64,000 nt of DNA from Lingula anatina (GCA_051362555.1 CM120640.1:7564001-7628000); one strand, 5' to 3'. Counted from the first letter of the stretch, positions 49,068-62,030 are shown. Numbers and translations: made by a program. Notes: generated by a model from the letters alone, not told the origin.

Positions 49068-52000
49068 TCACTGACCCTCTCTGATTTCTTCCCCTTCCAC
49101 ACTTTCTGTATTCTGAGATACAATAATTGTCTCCTCATCCATGGAGACCTCCACCAATTCCGTCTCCACCACTTCCTGGTCGCCAGTGGTCACTACATCC
49201 TGACCTTCTGCCGGGTTGACCGCTATCAGAGTAGAGCCCCCACTGGACCCTGCAGTGGTCAGCATGACGCCGACGCCCCCTGATATCAGCTTCTGGTCCA
49301 TGTGACTGGTCAGTATATGTAGGGCCAGGGAGTGCTGGTCAGGAAAGGTCTCCTGGCAGGTCTCACAGCCTAGGATAGTGGACGAGGGCTCTGAGGTCAG
49401 GTCCCCAGTGCTGGTGGTGGCCATGCTGGTCAGAAGTGAGGAACTGGCTAATGCTGCTGTAGGAGAATCTAAAATAAAACCCAGGAGAAGTAATGGAATG
49501 AGATATCTAATGGGTGCCTCACTGAATAATAACTACAATGGTAGCTTGATGATAAATTAATTTACAAGTGACCAAACATTTTATAAAAAACACTGTCAAC
49601 AATTGGTCCCTGTTCTACCTTATGTTCCCATCTGCAGTAAACTCTGCCAACAACGTCAGTGTAAAGCTGACCTAAACATAGCATCTAAATCCAGCTAAAA
49701 AAAGTACATGACATCTCATAGCCTGTAACTCACCATGAGAAGTAGTCACAGTTTGTGTAACTTCTGTCATTGACAGGTTATCATTGCTGTGTTCTGCATG
49801 GTATTTGCGTATGTGTCTCTGCAGCTGGAACAGTGCCTTGAATATAGAGCCACAGAGGCCACACTCAAACTGCCTCTCATCATGCTGCATCTGGACGTGT
49901 GCTTCCAGGGCATGCTTCTGGGTGTAACCCTTCCCACAATGAATGCATGTGTATGGCTTCTCCACGTCATGTGTGCGCATGTGAACCTGGTCAAGAACGA
50001 GGGGTTAAAATAATAATAAACTATATCAAATGCAAGATTATGTCTCTAGTCAGGCTTGAAAGGTTAGCATTTTAGGGAAGCACATCAAGTGACTTGTCTA
50101 AAACCACTGTTATTTGAATAAAACTGATACTTATAAATAACATATGATACCTGGAAGAACTCAAAGTGACAAAGAATCATTTAGTGATGTAACTTACCCT
50201 CAGAGCTTCCTGCCTTTTACATGAAAATCCACAAACATCACAGGAATGAGGCTTAGCATCAGAATGCCTCAACTTGTGGCGCTGAAAGTCAAAAGAAAGT
50301 GTATTTATTAAGCCACTTGCCTAGCCAAAACTTTAATTTTTCTTATTTATCACTTAACACTCTAATCTGACCAATAAAATTCAAATGCAACACTTAATCT
50401 TTTATCACATATTTAACATTTCTTATTTCAGCATAATGCATTCAAATTCAACAGAGCATCTGGCCAAGTATCAAGCAGCATCCCCTTACATCTAATGAAA
50501 ATGCATTACTGTAATGGTTCTAATAAAATTGATTACTGTCAATAAGTACTGGATTATAGATACCACTGGGTTTTAATGAGCACAGTACAGACAAATGCAG
50601 TCAAGAGACAGATCTGATTACCTCCAAATGGACTTTTAACTTGAAAGACTTTCCACATACGTCACACTTAAATGGTCTCTCAGCCGAGTGGATAACACGC
50701 ATATGGATTTGCCAGCTGAAACAATTGGTTTTAAATACATAATTTAAAGCTAGTTGGCATAATTACTTTGTTTACATGAATCTTTTCTGGTTTTTTGTTT
50801 AAAAAAATTAAATAATTTCCTTTTGCAAAATAATGCATTATTTCTAAATTATCCTTTTGTGTACTTTTGTGTAAATTTTAGTAAATGTTGAGCTGCTGAA
50901 AAAATTTCTGGACAAAGCTATTTCAAACTAGAGGATCAGAGAGGCGATACCGCCTCCAAATATTGTACCACCAGCTGGAGCAAACGCATTCGTATAGACC
51001 CCCACATACACAAAATAAGGGACACAGCCACCAGTTTTGTGCTTGACAAGCTGTAAAAATGCAATCAACAAGAATTTTTAAACTATTGCAAAAAATATAT
51101 ATGGTACAATCAAATTTAAGTTCTTCGTAAGGTAGGTCAAGGGTCAATTTCAAGGTTACAGTAAATTGCCAGTATATGACTTCCTATTCAAGTTCAAGAG
51201 TAACTATGGACCTATCTCTGTCAAGTTTGAAGTTAAAAGAGAAAGAAATAAACGAGAAAGAAATAAACAGAGTTCAGTTCATGATAAAAAGTAGGTCAAA
51301 GGTCAATTTCAAGGTCACACTTAGATTGCCAGTATAGGACTTCCTATTCAACTTCAGTAGTAACTATGGACCTATCTCAGCCAGTTTTGGAGATAAAAGG
51401 GAAGCAAAATTTGCAAAATTCAGTTCATGGTGAAAAGTAGGTCAAAGGTCAATTTCAAGGTCACATTTAGATTGCCAGTATATGACTTTCTATTCAAGTT
51501 CAATAGTAACTATGGACCTATCTCAGCCAGTTTTGGAGATAAAAGGGAAGAAAAGTTTGCAAAGTTCAGTTCATGGTGAAAAGTAGGTCAAAGGTCAATT
51601 TCAAGGTCACATTTAGATTGCCAGTATATGACTTCCTATTCAAGTTCAATAGTAACTATGGACCTATCTCTGCCAGTTTTGGAGATAAAAGGGAAGCAAA
51701 ATTTGCAAAGTTCAGTTTATGGTGAAAAGTAGGACAAAGGTCAATTTTAAGGTCACATTTAGATTGCCAGTATATGACTTCCTATTCAAGTTCAATAGTA
51801 ACTATGGACCTATCTCTGCCAGTTTTGGAGATAAAAGGGAAGCAAATTTTGCAAAGTTCAGTTTATGGTGAAAAGTAGGTCAAAGGTCAATTTCAAGGTC
51901 ACATTTAGATTGCCAGTATATGACTTCCTATTCAAGTTCAATAGTAACTATGGACCTATCTCAGCCAGTTTTGGAGATAAAAGGAAAGCAAAATTTGCAA

Positions 52001-55000
52001 AATTCAGTTCATGGTGAAAAGTAGGTCAAAGGTCAATTTTAATGTCACATATAGATTGCCAGTATATGACTTCCTATTCAAGTTCAATAGTAACTACGGA
52101 CCTATCTCTGCCAGTTTTGGAGATAAAAGGAAAGCAAAATTTGCAAAATTCAGTTCATGGTGTAAAGTAGGTCAAAGGTCAATTTTAAGGTCACATTTAG
52201 ATTGCCAGTATATGACTTCCTATTCAAGTTCAATAGTAACTATGGACCTATCTCTGCCAGTTTTGGAGATAAAAGGGAAGAAAAATTTGCAAAGTTCAGT
52301 TCATGGTGAAAAGTAGGTCAAAGGTCAATTTCAAGGTCATAGTAAGATTGCCAGTATATGACTTCCTATTCAACTTCAATAGTAACTATGGACCTATCTC
52401 TGCCAGTTTTGGAGATATAAGGGACTAGATGTTATAATTTTGGAGTTACCATAATGTGCCTTAAATTTCGTACAGAAAAAATTAATTAAAATAAAGAAAA
52501 TGCCATTTGGGTCAAAATTCTTGAAATAGGAGGTGCTCTGAAGTTTCAGAAGTTCAAATTTGATGAAATAATGTCATTTTTGAACACAAGTTGTCTGCTT
52601 TGCCAAGCCTTATGTTTTATTTTTCCAGAGTTCAAAATTTATTATCCATTACCGTACTGCACATTTTGCTTTTACCACCAATATGTACTTTTTGATACAG
52701 CGTAACTCGAAAACCGTATGGAATACAAAAAAACCGAGACCACTTCCAGTGTTGGGCTTTACATGCTCTACAAAATGCAAAAAAGAATGGGTCTCTAGCA
52801 TTAACGGTTCCCGAATTAGAGACAGTTTTCAGTTTCGGTATCTTATGGCCGCTACTCCCGTGAAAATGCACCGATTGACCCCAAATTCATGGAGATGAAA
52901 GATGACCTGAAGGGTAACACTTTCCAATAATATTATTGGTTAAGTCTGTGTGGTGTCTGAATAACAGGGCAAAAAAATTTTTTTCGTAAAAAATTTCATT
53001 TTTTTGAAAATTTTGGCCCATTTGACCTTGAAGTAGAGGTCAAAGGTCAAATCCAAGGGTATATTTGAAATCTACACATATGACTTTTGGAAAGCCGTCT
53101 ATAGAAATTTTTCCCATAACTCCTTCCTTAGGGTAGATAATTAGCATTTAATTTTGCCATTTTTAGACAAGGGTGCATTGCAATGAGTGCCACACCCAGA
53201 CCCCAATACCGACAAAGCCCAAATTTTACGTGGAACGAGTTGAGATTATAGGTGACCTAAATCCATGAGATGGGTACGGGGGCCCTTACCGTCTAGGAGG
53301 AGAAGCGGTAACGGTAGCCGTCCGGCGGAGCCAACGGAGCCGGCGGAACGATCCGGACGGGACCGAAACCATGTGTACCGCCAGCGCTAACGCTGGTGGT
53401 ACAATAAATGTAGATTTTCTTCCACCAATGAAAATATGGGCACTATTTGTTTGAATATTTATTATTTATGCTATAACATTACATAATTTTAATTTACTCA
53501 ACATTATCTAATGCTATATAATAACTTTACACTATTCTTTTACTAGAGGGATCTTCCAATACAGGGGCCATCACCGACCAAATTTTAAACACCATATTTG
53601 TGTTTGTCCTTTACTTATGCTTTCGCTTGGGTTAATAGGGAGACATAAATGTGTATATTCTTCGTCAATTGCATGAAAAATAAGCTGATACTTAAACAGC
53701 AGAGCAAATCAAGGGGCTAATATATGTTGTCACATCTAGCACAGCCCCATTCCCTCATGTAGTCTGTAAGGAGCCAGAATATTGGTCGGTTTAAGCATCA
53801 GTTTAATTTTCAAACTATTGACAAAAGAACCTCTACATATCTAGTAAATGCTGAAGAGATTTTCAAAACTGGATATTACCTTCCTTTGCTCTGTAAAACT
53901 TTGTCACACATGTCACACTTGTAGCCATGAAATTCAGGGTCATGCAGCTTCTTGTGTGCCCTGATAAAGAAATCTTTGTATAAATATCTATAGTTATAAG
54001 TACAGGCTCTAAAGTATCCCCTATGTGTAATAGGCCATCCAGTGAAACCCAGACGTAATGTACAGAAAGCACAAGGATAATTAATGAATCTTTGTATAAC
54101 ACTGACTCTTTAACATAACAAATACTTGCATGAAGGAAGAGTGGCTTCCAATTTGTTTATCACAAATCTGGCAGTAGTATTCCGTAGTGTGGCAGCGAAT
54201 ATGCATGTTCAAACTCTCCTTTGTCTTGTAGAGACGGTTACAGTACTGGCAATGGAATTATAAAAGAAGGTGAAATGTTTAAAAATATTTGTTGCATTAT
54301 TAAATATATTGCAACACATCTGCAATAACTTTATGTACAAATCTGAATACATCAGTATAAGAGAATGAGCCATCATGTGCTTATTTGGAATATATGCAGG
54401 TGATATTTGGCCTTATCTTTAACAATTCTTGAAAACTTTAGACATAAGCTCTTGATGTCTGTGCTTAATATGTGTTTTAACTGAGCAAAGGATAATTTAA
54501 TGATTAATTTAATGAAAAATTCTGCAAGTATAATACAACACTTACAGGACAGGGAAGAGTTCGCTCGTTTACATGGGTCCTTTGATGACGGTTTAAGTCT
54601 GCTACCACTTTAAATGATTTGTCGCAAATATCACATTTGAACATGGAAGCTACATTTGAAAAAAAGAGATATTTGTGGTTTATCAATAAAAACTTTTAAA
54701 AATTCACAATAACATTATTTCATCAATTATACTTATAATGTACATGTATGCTCCATAATTAATTGAACTACGATAACCTGTGAAGCAATAATGTAGGTCT
54801 TTGTTAGAAGTGACAATTATACAAAAACTTACCCCCATCAATCTTTGTGTGCATCCGCTTGATGTGTTTACTAACATCATCCTTATTGTTAAAAGCTTTG
54901 TCACAATGAGTGCATTGGTAATTGCGTTCATTTGTATGAGTATTGTAATGTCTTCTCAGCTGAAAGTTAATAAACATGAATTCTTGAAAAATATCACCTG

Positions 55001-58000
55001 ATCCCAGAAAAAAGGGTAGGGTGGAAAGCAATGTGTGTTCAGCTACCACTGCAGTAATAAGACCAATTCCAGATAAATAATGTTACTCACATTTGTTTTG
55101 ATCTTGAACCGTCTGTGGCACAGGGTGCAGGCAAATGGGAGGTCGTCAGAGTGAGTCTTCTTGTGGAGATACAGAGAACTGCGATGACGAGCTGTGAGAA
55201 GAGAAAAACATCCTGCGGTAATCTTTTCAATGGGCAAAAATTATCAAACTTTCAGATACATAATTTTAAAATCACAAAGTTATATTTCTATGTGGTATTT
55301 GTGGTGCTTTTACTGCATAGAAAGGAACTAGTGAATAGCTTGTTTTTTAATTTTGTTGCTAGCACTAAAAAGGAATATTCTAATTTTAAGAAAATAATAA
55401 ATACAGTATCTGTAAAATTCACAATTTTCTTAAGAAAAATTTCACATTCAATAGCGAAAGAAACACTTATTTACATCTTCTTAAATCAATCTATGTTTGT
55501 ATACTTGGTTCTTTATATGACTCCAACATTACTGTTTACTATCAACCTACTGCAAAAAGTTCTGGTGACAAAAAGAACAAGAACAGACTTACTTGAATAG
55601 TTGCAAATGTCACAACTGAAGAGTTTCACATCTTTATGTTCATTCAACATGTGATCACATGCTTCTGTTTTGGTGTGATTAACTTTACTGCATAGCTTAC
55701 ATTCCCACAATTGGTTAATACCATCTCCAGCTAAAAATACAACAGCAGAGTCACTAATCTATGAAATTGTTGTGCTATATGCCTCTTACTGCTTAAATAC
55801 AGCAGCAAAACAATAAAAACAAAATGAACTGCTTTATTTGGCAAATTACTGAACATAATGTATTATATATACTCAAAATCCCCAAAAACAATTTTTTTGT
55901 GATAGCAACTTAAGTGCTACTTTTTCAAATACTTACAAATTACTTGAAAAAAATAATAACTTAATAAAATTAAATAACTTAAATAAAAATAAAAGGGAGA
56001 GAGAGAGAGAAAGAGAATTTCTAAATTTTGGACTGGGCAGAATGATCCACAAAATGTTTAACATATTACCAGGTTTAAGCAGGAAATGAGGTAATAAGTC
56101 ATTTTCTATATGTGATGAAAGTTTATCCCTGCGCTTCATCTTTATCTTGGCCTTCTGCGCTCTCTCCATGGCAGAGATCAGCTCTTCCTCTTCAGTTGTC
56201 AAACGGGACTTCTTATTTAACGATGTTGCCTCCCCATTCACATCCTCTACGTCTGTTCCAGACCCCAAAGTATCTTCTCCTGCAGTTTGCAGATCAGTTT
56301 CTGCTTGCTTCTCAGTTCTAAATCATGAGATAATTTTCAACAGATGACATAGTAAAATACTTATAAATTGCTTTCTGCAAAATGTAATATAGATCTCTTC
56401 AACCCCCATTCCCATACTCTCTCTTCTGCTATGTGGTAAGATGAAAATTATATTTTATCTTCATGCACATTCCTAGACTTGCTTGAAGACATTTACTGTT
56501 ACTTACAAAATACCAAATACATGATTTATTTTAAAAAAAATCAATTAGCAAAAACTCACTGCAATTGCTTCTTGATGTAGTCCACGGTTCTTCTATTTGT
56601 CTTCTTTGCCCCTACCAGCTTTGTTTCTTTGCCCCTACTTGATACATCTTGTCCTAACAGAATATTTTTTAATAAATTCACTGACAGTAAATGGTTTAAT
56701 ATCAACTTAAACCTAGTCAGTTTCTGAGTTAATTAACATATTTTATTGCTATATGAACATACACTAAGATGCACAGCATCATGACACTGATATCTGACTT
56801 ACCCTCTATGTGTACTCTCTGGATGTGGTTTCTCAGAGTTTTACTCTCATGAAATGCCATGTTACATTGCGGACACTCAAAATCTCTCACATCAAGGTGG
56901 TACTTCATGTGCATCTTCAGCTGAAATCAAATTGACTTGTTTGAACATTTGCTGACAGGTGCATTTTGTTTCAAATATTTAAATGGATAATGATTAAAAG
57001 GTAAATGTTATCTCCACATCAGACATCTTAAAAACTTTGTTTTATCATCAAATTACCTTCTGCTTATAGCGAAAGTCTTTTCCACATACATCACATGAAT
57101 AAGGCTTGACAGTTGAGTGGGAGGCAAGGTGGTTCACTACTCCGACCTTCAGTTCAGCTAAAAAAATATTAAAGTCAAATCAATTTTCTCCTTTTATTCT
57201 AAACTTGTTTTAATTTACAATTAGAGCTAACAATTCAAAGGCAAATTTTTAAAATAAAAGTTAAGTTAAATCATATATATATAGGAAAAAATATAAATAC
57301 ATTACAGTGCAGGCAGCATCCCAGCTGTATTAACTATGTATGGAATGATGTCTCCATCTGAACTCAGCACCCTTCAATAAAGCTGGGGTTATATTACTCT
57401 GGGTACTCAAGAACTGGGGAGATATTCCCTACATAGCTTCCACATGCAGGATTACCACATTTTGCTTATGTGCCAGATTACAGTTTTGCCTTTAATGACA
57501 AATGACTTCAAAAGAAAGTTGTCCTACCTGTAAAGTCACATTTAGGGCACTTCCAAGGTTCAAACCCCCCATGTTCTTCTCTGAGATGTGCTATCATTGT
57601 TTTCTTCATGGGGGAGGTGAAGTCACACTGCTTGCAGGAATGCATTTTAGTTCCAAGAATACCTGGTTTATCTTCAAGAAATAGACATTTTTATAAGTTT
57701 TTGGCTCACTATTATTCAATTAAAAAAATAATAATAATGAAAAGAAAAATAACTGAAAGTTCATGCAAATTACAGTTGTTATCAACACTTAACTATTGTA
57801 ATATCCTACTTTTCAAATATCTACTTTCGAAGAGTTTTCTCACCTTCGGCATTGGTGTAAACAACTTCACTGTAGTCTTCATACTTTGCCACTGGTTTTA
57901 ATGACTTAATCAGCTCTTCTATCTCTGGGTCACTGCGGACAGGCTCTGGATCAAAATCTAATTTGACGTCTAAAAGTAAAGATATATAATATATCCCAGA

Positions 58001-60877
58001 AAATACTTGTCAATCTATATGATCCGTTGGATATCTTTAAAGACATCCTACATTCTAAGACACCCTGCATTATTTTAAAATAATCTTTATGTTAAAACAT
58101 AAAAATGTGAACCAAATAATGTGCCCAGATTTTTCATTAATGACGATGATTTGTGAACAAAAAGAAATCTTCAAAGTAAACATAAAACATAAAAATGTGA
58201 ACCAAATCATGTGCCCAGATTTTTCATTAATGAAGATTATTTGTTAACAAAAAGAAATCTTCAAAGTAGTTTACAATCATTATTACAAAACCTGTAAATC
58301 AGGTAGGGGTCATCTCATAAAACCCACAGAAAATGCAGTGTAACAAACAAAAGCTGCCGTAACAACCTGAAACAATTTCTGGAAAACAGTACCCAAAAGA
58401 ACTCTAAGTACAACCCCCCCCAAAAAAAACACAAACACACAAACACACACACACACACACAATTTTCACCAGTAGCATTGAAACATAGTGACCTTCTTGT
58501 TCTTCTTCCTGCTGTTCTTCTGGTTCATTAACCAGCTCCACCAGGATTTTATCATCATGCTCAGAATCTGCAATCAGTCGGAATGTGTAAGAAATCTTTG
58601 GTTCTGGTTTCACCGGCTTTTCACCCTCTTTCACTATGTTTCTACTTGCCTCTGCTGAGCTACTGCCTGGCTCTGGGAATTGAGAAAAATAAATAAATAA
58701 GTGAAACATATTTGCAAACAAAATGACACTAACTGAAAACTACAAAAACTTACTTCGACTACCAACTTTGATATATTCTCAGTCTGAAATTAACAATGAT
58801 AGTATATTTCACATACATACCAGGCGGAACAATACAATACAATAACAATGATAGTATATTTCACATACATACCAGGCGGAACAATACAATACAATAAAGT
58901 TTTTTTTCTGTCGGATAGAGTGAAAGTACAAACATTAGATAAGTAGCTATTCACCCACAGAATTAATTAAAGAATGATACACTGCTTACTGCTTCTATTT
59001 TTGACTACTTCTAGTTATTAAAATTACAACAGCAAAGTAATGCCTAGCCTAGCAGTTGGCATAGTATGATACATGATTACAGCTTGTTATTTAAGTTAAC
59101 ATTAAGACATCATTAGAAGTATCAAATTAATCCCTGCCTCACAAATCAGCGGCTTATTAACAGGGACTGACCTGCTGTGGATTCTGGGGCAACAGTGTCT
59201 ACAAGTAGAATATTGGACCTAGGTGTGCCCTTATCAGCATCCTGCTGCAAAGTGGGCAAAGGATCAGGCACTAGGCTGCTTTCTGCTGCAGAAGAGGTAC
59301 TCTGGACAGCTGGTTGGGCATCATCACCAGCAGAGAGTTCTATGACCTGTACTTTCTTTGGTGGTGAGGAGGGGGCAGAGTCTGATGCAACACCTTTAGG
59401 CTCTGTGATCTTGTATACCACTAATGTTCTCTTCCTGCCTGGAGCTTCTGGACTGTCTTCTCCTGCACTACCAGCTGCAGTGATGCCATCTTTTGTCACA
59501 TTTTGAGATACTATGGAGAGACCTTTTGTCATATTTTGTGATGCTGTGGTGACTTCCTCTGGTGCATCACTTGCTGACTTATCTCCCAAGACAGATGCAG
59601 TCCTTTTACCTTCACTTTCTCCTGTAGTCCCCTCCGATACCCTCCTTTTTTTGTTAGACAAGACAGTTTTACTTGGCTGCAGAGTGGGCAGATCCACATC
59701 TTCGCCACTCTTTCTCTGAGACCTTGTCCTGGTCACTCTACCAGAAGGCTTTTCCACAGGTTTGACAACAGGTGTGTCTGAGGTCTTGGTTTCAGTTGCC
59801 ATTGAATAGGATTGTGCCTGGGCTGATCTTGCACTTCTTCTAGTTGATGTAATCTCCTTTGTCTCTTGATTTCCTGTACTCCTGGGAGACTTTGCTCTTG
59901 TAGATATTGATGCAGGTTGCTTAGCTAGGACAGGGGACTTGGGAGGTGCTGAGACCGGGGATACTGATGACAAACCTGCACTTCTACCTCTTCTTGGAGA
60001 AGCATTACCCCTTCCTGATCCTAGCACTTTAGCTTGTCCATGTGCAGGACTACTCCTTGTCTGTCGGACTGAGTCACTAGCAGCTTGAGTAATTTTGGTT
60101 GTGGTGGGCGATGTTTGTGCCTTTGTTGGAGAGTCTGGTACTGCTGCAGTCTTTCGACCCTTCTCTCCAACTCCCAAAAGCTCATGTGCAGTCTTGACAT
60201 TTCTTTGCCTGGAACTTCTTCTAGTGGACAACTGGTTTTGTTCTGTTGAAATTTGAGGGATAAAAATAATCTATTAAATTTTCCGACAAGTCAAAATTGT
60301 TGAAATAAATGAAGGGTCTTGTCGTAGGGGCAGCCAGCTTTTTTCTTTTATAATTAATATAATAATTACGATAATATTTTTAGAAAAAAACATCACTCTA
60401 ATTGTTATTCTTATAAGATACTTCACCACTTCAGTAAAGCTACATACAGCTTAACAAAAGTAAAATACAATGAGAAAACAATTCGTGCTGACCTGCTACT
60501 GCAGTGCCACAAGTGGAACAAAACTTCCCATCCTTACATCCTGTACAGCATTCCTGTCCAAGAAAAACATCAAGCTGTATATGTAAAATTTTCACAATGG
60601 CTTTTAAAGGTGACGGATTAATTTATGAGAACATTATTAAATGCTTTTTGTTTTTGTTCAGAACGAAAGGCCATTACCAATTTCAGTTTACGATAAAATT
60701 TACAGGTAATGAATAATGTTTACTGTTCTCTCAGACCTTAGCATCTGTTGTCTTTAAGTTGGGTGATAGCGTTGCCTCCTCTGTAACTTTTGCGCCACAG
60801 TTTGGGCAGAACTTGAAGGAAGAATCCAGGTGAAATCCACACACCTTTCCATCAGTGCCCTTATGTTGACACTTCAT
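49068..60877 (-). CDS. Multi-C2H2 zinc-finger protein (17 fingers) with N-terminal double zinc ribbon and long Ser/Thr/Arg-rich disordered region, ~1257 aa
   Basis: 20 exons: 60877-60737, 60553-60493, 60242-59172, 58672-58493, 57969-57844, 57662-57528, 57157-57057, 56920-56803, 56653-56560, 56317-56070, 55730-55593, 55191-55091, 54959-54833, 54649-54546, 54245-54130, 53960-53880, 50715-50622, 50281-50198, 49986-49734 and 49468-49068. Total 3774 nt, frame-consistent. Fingers are C-x2-C-x12-H-x3/4-H with linkers such as HSTVKPYSC and HSAERPFKC. Confidence 0.9.
50926..53408 (-). mobile_element. Helentron/HINE family A, copy 2, in an intron of the zinc-finger gene
   Basis: Reverse-complement termini of the 4780-6644 element: AACTAGAGGATCAGAGAGGCGATACCGCCTC..ATTGTACCACCAGC at the left and GTACCGCCAGCG-ctaa-CGCTGGTGGTACAAT at the right. 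Shared body and shared 146-bp satellite. Confidence 0.85.
51130..52425. repeat. 146-bp tandem satellite (~9 units) inside Helentron copy 2
   Basis: GTAGG(T/A)CAAAGG anchor at 51291, 51437, 51583, 51729, 51875, 52021, 52167 and 52313 (exact 146-bp period), plus a divergent first unit at 51132. Confidence 0.95.
58095..58268. repeat. Intronic ~90-bp tandem duplication
   Basis: AAAACATAAAAATGTGAACCAAAT..AAAGAAATCTTCAAAGTA occurs twice. Confidence 0.8.
58791..58896. repeat. Intronic ~52-bp perfect tandem duplication
   Basis: TAACAATGATAGTATATTTCACATACATACCAGGCGGAACAATACAATACAA occurs twice. Confidence 0.85.
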
Positions 60878-61095
60878 CTTCAGGGTAAAATTTACTAAAG
60901 TAGAGAAACTACTTGATAAGTAATCTAGCTCTTCTTAAAGCAAAGTAAAAACCGAAGTGATTAGCATAAAGTGTAAAGACTCATTTTGATAAAGGGTATT
61001 AAATAAAGGTGCTCAAACATTTGTATGTGATCACCTTGTCTACCACATCAACATGAACGAGAGAGAGAGTTTATGAGAGCTTAAATATTGGATAC

Positions 61096-61644
61096 CTTTA
61101 AGTCGTTGATTCAAGATTCCTGCTCCAAAGCCCTACAGTATTTTGGTTGATCGGCGGCAAGATATCTCAATTTTCAACACCGGCAAGATAACCGACGCCA
61201 TTTCCCTCCCATTTTGTGCGACTGCGCAGTAATCTGTGATGTGAGTGTGAATCTAAAACACAATATCGGCAATCCTCGGCTGACTCCGCAAGCTCCATAC
61301 AATCTTACAGAAGAAAGATCTAGAGTTGATGTATAGACAGCCCCGGAAGTTCTAGAATTTGATATAGCACTACCAATTTGCATTTATATTGCATGATAAA
61401 TGAAATACGTTGCCCTCGCCCATGCATGCTGTAATCAGTGCGTGATTTGGCTACATTGCAAGTTACCATTAAAGTATCTGTCGTGTAGGCCTATTCTCCC
61501 CTTGAAAACAATGTATTTTATATAATTTTAACTATATTTTATTTTAAGACTTGAGTGTAGCGAAATTTAATTTTTGAAGATCTGTTTGATAATTTCAGGC
61601 TTGTAGAAATATCATAAGTTTCCACTACTGCCAATAGGTGGCGC
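61096..61644 (-). promoter_or_regulatory. Probable promoter / non-coding first exon region of the zinc-finger gene
   Basis: Minus-strand donor AAG|GTATCC at 61095. YY1-like AAATGGCG (~61196-61203), ETS-type CCGGAAGT (61343-61350) and CTCF-like CCAATAGGTGGCGC (61631-61644). Confidence 0.45.
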
Positions 61645-61720
61645 AGCGATTTTTAATTGTCAACAAAAATCTCCGCCAACAAAAATGTATAACCGAATGT
61701 AGAAACTGCAACTAGAATAA

Positions 61721-62030
61721 GACCCCATTCCCACAGATTTTAGAACGGTCTATCCCCGTGGGGAGTCTCACTAGATAACTGTCAGCTTAGCCGGCTTAAA
61801 TGTCTGTCCCGCCTTCTAAAAGCTTTAAGGGGGTAATTTACTTCTATGCGCGGTCGACTGGAGCGTGAACCCCAAGGGAGTAAGGTCGATCTACCCTTAG
61901 GGTGCATTCCCAGAGATTTAGATCGAACCAGAGATTTAGATTTAGATCGACCTAACTCCCCGGGAGTTCACGCTAAATTGCAGTCAGCCGAGCGCGCACC
62001 ATAGTTAATTACCCCCTTACAGCTTTTAGT
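61721..62030. mobile_element. Two head-to-head copies of the PIF/Harbinger MITE joined at a TTA
   Basis: 61721-61896 is a reverse copy preceded by TAA. 61900-62030 is a forward, 3'-truncated copy nearly identical to the 5' part of 31399-31623. Confidence 0.8.

Noticed and set aside
51130-52425. Regularly spaced repeats as a CRISPR-like array
   Set aside because: Units are near-identical along their whole 146 bp with no unique spacers; the context is eukaryotic and inside a Helentron.
59146-60231. Stand-alone 361-aa gene, and an AT-hook at SPRRGRSA
   Set aside because: The ORF starts at TTG and is bounded by phase-compatible splice sites, so it is exon 3 of the ZNF gene. RGRS lacks the Pro of the AT-hook core RGRP.
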